Source of the DNA: Candidatus Poribacteria bacterium | GTDB lineage: Bacteria > Poribacteria > WGA-4E > PCPOR2b | Length of the DNA stretch: 64,000 nt | Assembly (NCBI GenBank): GCA_965198175.1 | Contig: OZ240245.1 | Span: 2,176,001 to 2,240,000 of the forward strand | Direction of reading: 5' to 3' | Part shown: positions 19,606-26,204 of the stretch, in pieces | How the letters are laid out: the number at the start of each line of letters is the position of its first letter | Position numbering within the stretch: position 1 is the stretch's first letter | Notes under the pieces: model-generated | The model's input: the letters and a program-made list of their open reading frames with translations, nothing else | Databases searched by the model: none | What the model was told of the DNA's origin: nothing | Made by a program: the position numbers and the translations under genes

Positions 19606-20408
19606 ATGACACGCATATTGATTCTCACCGCAATTTTAGTGATGTGCTTGGCTTGCAGCGAAACCGAAACACCCTTAAATCCACATAGGTCTATTGAGCA
19701 TCAGCCGCCTGATCCTGATGTCATTGTTGAGCCGGTAGGCGAACGTGTTTTACTAGAAGCGCCCCCAGACATACCCCATGGTCTTGCTGCATCATTTGCC
19801 CATATACGGGGCGAACTAAAAGAGGAGATATATCAAGACTTGCTCAGGCAGGTAGATAGATACTGTCAAGGAGCGCTCAGGAGAAATACACTCCTGATAT
19901 ACTTAAAAAAAAGGTTGCCACCTCAGGTTTTTCCGGGCTTAAACCTACATGCCCATAGGCTTACCCGAATTCCTGCTGCAACTCGCGCAGACAAAGATCG
20001 AATCAGAGTCGCGGCTCAACTTGTAAACCCAAATATGCGTGGGCTTTCCTTTACTCAAGGAAACGTATACTATTACTTTAACGCAAATACCATATTTATT
20101 TCCACTCGACTCGACGGCTATGATATGATGGGGCATTTTACGGATGATGATGATAGGGCATCAAATTTTTATAACCGAATTGAAAAACTCACAAAACGCT
20201 TGCCCCCGGTAAACCAGTTGTTATCCCAGAAATTCCAGAAGATTTAGAACTGGACATCATCATTTTGGACGAAAATGGGTTTCCCAAAAACCCCAAATAC
20301 AGAGGCTGGGTGGATGATTTCGATGATGCGCCTCGAGCTACCGATGAACAAATTGCGGAATACAACCGCATACACAGCCCCAACGCCTATGACTGCGTGG
20401 AAGAATAA
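19606..20408 (+). pseudogene. Lipoprotein partner 2, frameshifted near 20183-20207
   Basis: Lipobox CLA|C. The C-terminus FDDAPRATDEQIAEYNRIHSPNAYDCVEE* is in the -1 frame and matches the end of the 24053 paralog. Confidence 0.8.
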
Positions 20409-20419
20409 AGGGGTGAGTA

Positions 20420-20600
20420 GTGAGGAAGGTAGCGATTCTTGCTGTGTGCGGGTTTCTTAGGGGTTGTGCTGGTAACGAGACTCATCTCAATCCTCTCACC
20501 AAAGGGGGGCAACATTTATGTCTTTACCTTTCATTCCACTTTGAACACTACTTCCCCAGACTAAAAAAATTCAAACTGTCTGCACACCTCGATACACTAG
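20420..20600 (+). pseudogene. Truncated lipoprotein start fused to a collapsed copy of the cassette regulatory module
   Basis: MRKVAILAVCGFLRG|CAGNETHLNP, then TCCTCTCACCAAAGGGG and CCCAGACT...AAACTG motifs shared with 21451-21645. Confidence 0.45.
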
Positions 20601-21135
20601 GTTCTGTTGACATTTCAACGGGGCCAGATAAGCGTGGCGACAAAACTCAGAAATCCGAAATAACGGGCAGCCAGCTTCTCGAAACGAGAGAAGATACGAC
20701 GATACCGTTTTATCTTGTTGATAAAATATTCAACTAGGTGTGTTTCTTTGTATAAATGTGGGTCGTATGTTCTTTGAGTATCACGATTACGTCGAGGCTG
20801 TATCACTGCAATTGCACCATTCGTTTCAATAACGTTGATAAAACTGTCCGAATCGTATCCCTTGTCTCCAATTACATGCTCGCTGTTATAGCCAACTATC
20901 AACGCTTCGGCTTCAGCTATGTCGTGTCTCTGACCGGGGGTTAGCTGGAGTCTAAGCGGATTACCCAGTGCGTCAACTGTGATATGAATTTTTGTGCTAA
21001 AGCCGCCCCGAGAGCGGCCTAGTGCTTGGTTGTCGGTACGTCCGTTTTTTTTGAGGTTCCAGCCGCACATGGGTGAGCCCGGCAAATGGTAGTGTCAATA
21101 ATAAGCCACTCCATATCTGGGTCAGAGGCAATCGG
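20598..21135 (-). mobile_element. IS5-family (IS427-like) transposase remnant
   Basis: Minus strand DPDMEWLIIDTTICRAHPCAAG, A-run frameshift, then ALGRSRGGFSTKIH, GDKGYDSD, KIKRYRRIFSRFEKLA; end near CTAGGTTCTGTTGACAT. Confidence 0.85.
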
Positions 21136-21184
21136 TGCGTCTGTGAGAAGATTCCTTTGTCACACCAGCAGCCAAACCGCTTGT

Positions 21185-21258
21185 AGTTCTTCTAGGTTGG
21201 GTTGAGATTAACGGTGCGAAAAGCGAAGGCGATAGTTTTCTCCTAAACCCAACGCTTC
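21185..21258. repeat. Degenerate REP, copy 3
   Basis: GTTCTTCTAGGTTGGGTTGAGAT...GCGAAGGCGATAGTTTT...AAACCCAACGCTT. Confidence 0.7.
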
Positions 21259-21459
21259 TAAAGCGAGTCCAACAATTTGCAAATTCCATACCCCATACGT
21301 TCAACGCTCCTCACTTTCCTATCACCAACGGACGTTCTGATTGCTATCGGTTTGATTGCTTTAACACACCTTGCATTTCATTCAAAAGCCCCTAACGACT
21401 TATTCTGAAATTATTTGAGCGACACCGGGTTCGATTTCTCCTACCACAACTCCTCTCAC

Positions 21460-21592
21460 CAAAGGGGTGACACATTTGTGTCATGTGTACACATTTGTTT
21501 ACAACCCCTGAAACCCTTGATGTGGTAAGGGTTCCCGCGATTTTCAATCGTAATTTCCCGAATTTTTGTAAACATAATGTGTCACCCCTTTG
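21460..21592. promoter_or_regulatory. Inverted-repeat-bounded block, putative UAS array, cassette 3
   Basis: CAAAGGGGTGACACATT / AATGTGTCACCCCTTTG perfect 17-bp arms; palindrome TGACACA-TT-TGTGTCA at 21468-21483. Confidence 0.55.
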
Positions 21593-21710
21593 CCTACCCC
21601 GTCAAAGCGCTGCCGTCCCAGACTGAAAGAAATTTATAACTGCCCGTATCCCTTGACACATCAGGGTTTCCGAGTCCGAGCTGTTTCTAAATTGAAGGGG
21701 ATTATTCGTC

Positions 21711-21727
21711 TTGGCACATAACTTGCC
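21711..21727 (+). promoter_or_regulatory. Sigma-54 promoter 3
   Basis: TTGGCACATAACTTGCC. Confidence 0.85.
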
Positions 21728-21824
21728 CATAACCATAGACAATACCTCAAGCTGCAGAACGGTCTGCAGTAACCACATAAATTTCTCTCAAGCAAGCATT
21801 GACAGAGGTAGGAAGGTGATAACC

Positions 21825-22156
21825 ATGTTTACGAGAAAACAGAAACGTTGATGGGTGGCGCAGTTTTGTTTGCCGTGTTACTGGTTGCGGGTAGTTATTT
21901 CGGAAGCCGCTGGCGCTATGGCCCCTATGTTGAGCCTGTACGAGAACACCTGTTGTCGGACAAACCGCGCTCCGTAAGCATAAACCGCCCTGTCCACGCT
22001 TCTGTTTCTCAAGATATCTTATGGGTGTCAGAAACAGATTTGATGTCCGAAGAGGAAGAGGTGCACGAAACAGTGCGAGAGTTCGTTCAAACTGCACCGT
22101 TTGGTGCAAAGACCAACTCAACAGATCAAGAATTTCAAACTGTTCGCGTGCCTTGA
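21825..22156 (+). pseudogene. Membrane-anchored protein remnant, with an early frameshift
   Basis: GGAAGGTG RBS + ATG 21825 (MFTRKQK) is out of frame with the hydrophobic LMGGAVLFAVLLVAGSYFG segment of ORF 21848. Confidence 0.45.
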
Positions 22157-22198
22157 TACACCAGGCTTACCTGGTCAAAAATTGAAGTAGATTATCTA

Positions 22199-22215
22199 TT
22201 GGCATACAATTTGCC
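22199..22215 (+). promoter_or_regulatory. Sigma-54 promoter 4
   Basis: TTGGCATACAATTTGCC preceded by the shared AAATTGAAG..GATTA motif. Confidence 0.8.
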
Positions 22216-22240
22216 ACAAATAAGAATGGAGGATTTCACA

Positions 22241-22846
22241 ATGTTCAGGCACAAAGTAACATCACTAGCGATTCTCGTTGTTCTAAGTTTGTTAGTTCAA
22301 AATGTAGACGCGCACCTCCCAAATTACACTATAGACCCGATCGTAAGTGTAGAAGTGGTGACGACGGGAGACCCTTGCGTCCTAGAAATGATTTGTAGTG
22401 CTAGTTGCACCTTTTATACCGGAACGCATTCTAGTAATGAAAGTCATTTACACCACGCCAATGCCCTTTTGCAAGTTTATGTATATCCCCCTGGTGGTTA
22501 TCCGAATATGCCGCACCCGCGCAGTGTATTCGACATTAAGCTACGTTCTAAGGAATTAAGGGGACAAAGAAATTGGATCGCACCGACGTTGAGGATTTCA
22601 AGAACAATAGGCCAAGGCGAATGTTTGACCGTAGGCGCCGTTTCAAGAGGAGTAATATGGACTAGCGGACAGCTAGACCATAAATATAGTCCGACGGCTC
22701 AGGGTCGTCAGACCTATGGTAACCTAGGCGCCGCACCCGGTGTGGGCTTCAATCAAAAAAGGCTAGCTTCTGAAAAGGGGATGCCCGGGGCATCCCCTTT
22801 TTCTTTAGTTTTTGAACCTGCCGAAAAATATGGAGGTGTATTATGA
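22241..22846 (+). pseudogene. Secreted His25-family protein 3 with an internal deletion/frameshift
   Basis: GGAGG RBS, QNVDA|H, GTHSSNESHLHH. The native-looking tail WASIKKG* (22743-22766) lies in the +1 frame right after GAAPG. Confidence 0.75.
22773..22802 (+). terminator. Strong hairpin / terminator
   Basis: AAAAGGGGATGCC...GGCATCCCCTTTTT, directly after the out-of-frame TAG at 22766. Confidence 0.7.
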
Positions 22847-23607
22847 GATTCTTTTGGGTACGCTTCAAAGCGCTTGGAGCCTTTGGACTGGATTCAATTC
22901 GTTCGCTGGAATACGCGTTGATTTTATCTCTGTGTTTCTGTTCGGTGTGGGGGTGCGGCGAGAACGACCTCCTCAACGGGCAACATCGGGATTGCAGTTT
23001 TCAAAACCCCCCGAATCCTAACGACACCAATATCCCGCCCGACTGCATTAAATTCAACTCCGGGCCCATCACTGCCAACCAATCGTCCCAGCGGCGAGTC
23101 GAGGCAATGGTGAAATTGAACGCTTGGGAAAAGGGACTTTTTGTTCACCATTCAGAGCCTTTTAATTATGTTTTGGGGGACCACACCGGACCCAAATACG
23201 TGGCGTGGATGGAGATCTATCAAGAAACACCCGACCTCGGCATTGGCTGGGGTTTTGCGTTAAGCATCGGTACCGAGGTACAAGAACTCTCATGGCACAG
23301 AGCAAATATTGAACCCCCATGGGATTTTGATGGGGATGGCGACTTCGATCACGACGATCAGCAGGTCCTTTCATATAACATCTACCGTCACATTAGATAT
23401 CGGGAACCTTTAATCGCCAAAGATTTAATTGTCATTGACAGCCGAAGCGGCTATCCCACTGACCACCAATACAACGATTTGGTAGTGGTGCTTGACCGAG
23501 AAACCGCTCCCCGAGCTGGCGATGAATTGATGAGAAAAGTGGCGATGTTGGAGTGCAAACGGGCAAAGGAATGGGGCGAGTGCCGGGAATCCGATTACAC
23601 CGACTGA
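22843..23607 (+). CDS. Lipoprotein partner 3, with an EF-hand/dockerin-like loop
   Basis: GGAGG RBS, lipobox-like VWG|CGEN, DFDGDGDFDHDD Ca-binding loop. Confidence 0.7.
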   Translation: MRFFWVRFKALGAFGLDSIRSLEYALILSLCFCSVWGCGENDLLNGQHRDCSFQNPPNPNDTNIPPDCIKFNSGPITANQSSQRRVEAMVKLNAWEKGLFVHHSEPFNYVLGDHTGPKYVAWMEIYQETPDLGIGWGFALSIGTEVQELSWHRANIEPPWDFDGDGDFDHDDQQVLSYNIYRHIRYREPLIAKDLIVIDSRSGYPTDHQYNDLVVVLDRETAPRAGDELMRKVAMLECKRAKEWGECRESDYTD

Positions 23608-23649
23608 GATTTTCCGGCTTCATGAGTGATCCTGTGCACGTCTCGTGAC

Positions 23650-23853
23650 AACTTTTCACGGTTTGCTGATTTTTTATCGCTTCAATAGCCACTTGTGCTT
23701 TTAATCGGCTATCGTACTGTTTTCTGTGATGCATGATATGGAAACTCCTTTCTTTTTCTCGGCGTTGCTGAGCCATATTTTCGCTCAGATGATAACCGTT
23801 TTGCCAGTCGGACTGCCACCTTGTTCAACTGTACAGTTTTTGGGGTAATTATA
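23650..23853 (-). mobile_element. IS3-family remnant (left end + start of orfA)
   Basis: Minus strand TATAATTACCCCAAAAACTGTACAG end; orfA from 23734 MHHRKQYDSRLKAQVAIEAIKNQQTV. Confidence 0.7.
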
Positions 23854-23980
23854 GTTTGACGGCACTGGTTCCTTATCTACAGTTACCGAATCAGTAGCGT
23901 TACCCGCAGCAGCACCTCCCAGGCCCGAACCGCGCATTGGAACACTAACTACGACATGGGCATCAATGAAAAATGAGTAA
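23854..23980 (+). pseudogene. 3' end of a fourth His25-family gene (cut by IS3)
   Basis: FDGTGSLSTVTESVALPAAAPPRPEPRIGTLTTTWASMKNE*; 23854-24117 is a near-identical direct repeat of 19411-19670. Confidence 0.8.
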
Positions 23981-24052
23981 ACTTCAATCATGATGAGGAA
24001 CGTCTAATGAGTTAGATGTTCCCCATTTGAAACCTACAAGGAGGCTTTTGCC

Positions 24053-24859
24053 ATGACACGCATATTGATTCTCACCGTAATTTTATCGATGTGCTTGGCT
24101 TGCAGCGAAACCGAAACGCCAATTCCGATAGAACCAAAGCCCATCGTCCAAATCGAAACCGAAATACCAATCCATTACGAAATCCCTGCTCACATTCCGC
24201 TTGCACTTGCAAAGCGTTATGCTAATCTTCAGGTAGACATGACTGAACCCGAATGGCAGGCGTCCCTTCAATACATTTACGACCTCTGTCAGGGAGACAC
24301 CCATCACACCGTCATTGACCTGCACTTGAAGCGTGCTGTCTCGGAGGGAGCATACAATCGCGCCAAAGATGTACCTCACCCCGCGGCTACGCATGACGAC
24401 CGCAGTCGAATCTTAGTGGCGTCTTGGTTTAAAGATCATAATGTAAAAGTCGCATTCGACCCTGACCCAACTGGGCTTAAAGTCATCTACTGGAGAGCGA
24501 GACACATAATACTGCTGGAGTTATACGAGGGAGAACCTGAACGAGGCTTGGGAGTGAGTAGCGGTCCCCTCGGAGGCCCTGCAGCCCCGTTGGACCACCC
24601 CATGAACGCAGCCGTATTGGATCAGATACTTGAGGACTGGGTGGAAAAAGGCGAGGTGAATACACCTGATGTTCCTGACAAGCACAAGCGTGAGCATACC
24701 GCCTACATTGTGATAGATAAAGCAGATGGTTTGCCGGTCGAACCGAAATACAAGGATTGGATAGTTCATTTTGACGATGCACCCCGTGCAACCGATGAGC
24801 AAATTGCGGAATACAACCACATACACAGTCCCGATGCCTATGACTGCGTCGAGGAATAG
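24053..24859 (+). CDS. Lipoprotein partner 4 (intact paralog of 19606)
   Basis: AAGGAGG RBS, MTRILILTVILSMCLA|CSETETP, ends YDCVEE. Confidence 0.85.
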   Translation: MTRILILTVILSMCLACSETETPIPIEPKPIVQIETEIPIHYEIPAHIPLALAKRYANLQVDMTEPEWQASLQYIYDLCQGDTHHTVIDLHLKRAVSEGAYNRAKDVPHPAATHDDRSRILVASWFKDHNVKVAFDPDPTGLKVIYWRARHIILLELYEGEPERGLGVSSGPLGGPAAPLDHPMNAAVLDQILEDWVEKGEVNTPDVPDKHKREHTAYIVIDKADGLPVEPKYKDWIVHFDDAPRATDEQIAEYNHIHSPDAYDCVEE

Positions 24860-24896
24860 CGAAAGTAGGGCTAACGCCTGACCACAAGCCGCAACA

Positions 24897-24968
24897 GTAG
24901 GATCTACACATTTCGTGAAGATGAGGAGCCTGTATTTGACGGAACAGGCGCCTTATCCACAGTGACCG
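24897..24968 (+). repeat. Further fragment of the His25-family C-terminal domain
   Basis: RIYTFREDEEPVFDGTGALSTVT, matching 19374-19445. Confidence 0.75.
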
Positions 24969-25014
24969 CATTTGAATGATGTCTACTGATAATCCCAAGA
25001 AGGAGGAATACCCA

Positions 25015-25872
25015 ATGAAAACGTTAATTTCGACTTTACTGATGACCGCGTTGGTCACCGCTTTCTGCTCTGGAGAAGCCAAAGCAGCCGTAGACAAAGA
25101 CATAGTGCTTGCCATGCCGTTTGATGAAGGCAGAGGCGAAACTACCAAGGACCTCTCTCCCCACGGGAACCACGGCACGCTTAAAAGGAGAGCGAAATGG
25201 GGAGTTGGTAAATTTGGCAACGCCATACAGTTCGAGCCGGTTGGCTATGTGGATGCCGGAAATGATGAGAGTCTGAGTCTGTTTAAATCAGATTTCACGC
25301 TTGCCGTGTGGTTTAACTTGAACGAAACTGTCGGCAAATACGCCTTTATGGCTCAGGACGAAGGTCGCGGGGAAATGAACAAATGGATTCTTGGAATAAA
25401 TTTACCCGACTCAAATCCCGCCCTGACGAGTCTCGGTTTACATTCCACTGTCGTTATCAATCGAGACGGCGGCGTCACATTTATCAGTAAGAAAGAATCT
25501 GGACCCGGCGATTGGAACGCGAAGCCTAAGACATGGCGTCACTTCGCTGTGGTCCGAGAGAGGCACCTCACCACGACGTACACTGATGGCAAACAAAACG
25601 GGTGGCATAGAACTTCTATTGATCCCCACGAAGAGGACAACGTTATGGCAGAATTCATCAATGCACCGGTCGCAATCGGTTGGGCCGAACGACCCATTGC
25701 AATGGACGGACTTATTGACGAAGTCCTGATTGCGAGGCGAGCCTTCAGCGCTGAAGAGATTACAAAACACTTCCAAGGCGGCGTCAAAGGCGTGTTGGGG
25801 GTGTTGGCAGTTCAGCCCGAAGGGAAGTCCGCCGCCGCCTGGGGCGCCGTCAAGGCGAACATTCTGCACTGA
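25015..25872 (+). CDS. Secreted LamG-like jellyroll protein
   Basis: Signal peptide, FDEGRGETTKDLSPHGNHG, GKFGNAIQF, WRHFAVV, DGLIDEV; C-terminal AVQPEGKSAAAWGAVK motif. Confidence 0.85.
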   Translation: MKTLISTLLMTALVTAFCSGEAKAAVDKDIVLAMPFDEGRGETTKDLSPHGNHGTLKRRAKWGVGKFGNAIQFEPVGYVDAGNDESLSLFKSDFTLAVWFNLNETVGKYAFMAQDEGRGEMNKWILGINLPDSNPALTSLGLHSTVVINRDGGVTFISKKESGPGDWNAKPKTWRHFAVVRERHLTTTYTDGKQNGWHRTSIDPHEEDNVMAEFINAPVAIGWAERPIAMDGLIDEVLIARRAFSAEEITKHFQGGVKGVLGVLAVQPEGKSAAAWGAVKANILH

Positions 25873-26030
25873 GATTTTCAATCATAGACCTATTACCTAT
25901 TAAGGTGAAATAACCAATGAAAGCGTTACTTTTATCATGCCTAGTCAGAACATTACTTTCTCAGATTGAAAAAATCAAACTGCATAACGGTCTGCAGTGG
26001 TCATAAGATTTTTCTTAAGCAAGGCAGGAG

Positions 26031-26132
26031 TTAGAGCCTGTTTGAAAAGCAGCTAGCACAGCCATTGTTTAATCGTTTGAAAATCAACATCATTCAATAT
26101 ACAGGGATTTGGACCATTTGAACCGGCTCTAA
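26031..26132. mobile_element. ~100-bp MITE-like element with IS5-type ends
   Basis: TTAGAGCCTGTTTGAA ... TTTGAACCGGCTCTAA imperfect inverted ends, no coding capacity. Confidence 0.5.
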
Positions 26133-26204
26133 ATCCGAGGTTGGGCTCAAAAATTAGAAATCGAATCGATATACCCATAAACTCAAACATGGAGGATTAT
26201 TCCA

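Noticed and set aside
15676..21727. CRISPR array or integron attC array
   Set aside because: Repeats are 135 bp or longer and kilobases apart with no regular spacers; there are no cas or intI genes; each cassette has its own promoter.
19411..24117. Direct repeats as a DGR template/variable pair
   Set aside because: Differences are not adenine-specific and include indels; they look like ordinary paralog duplication.
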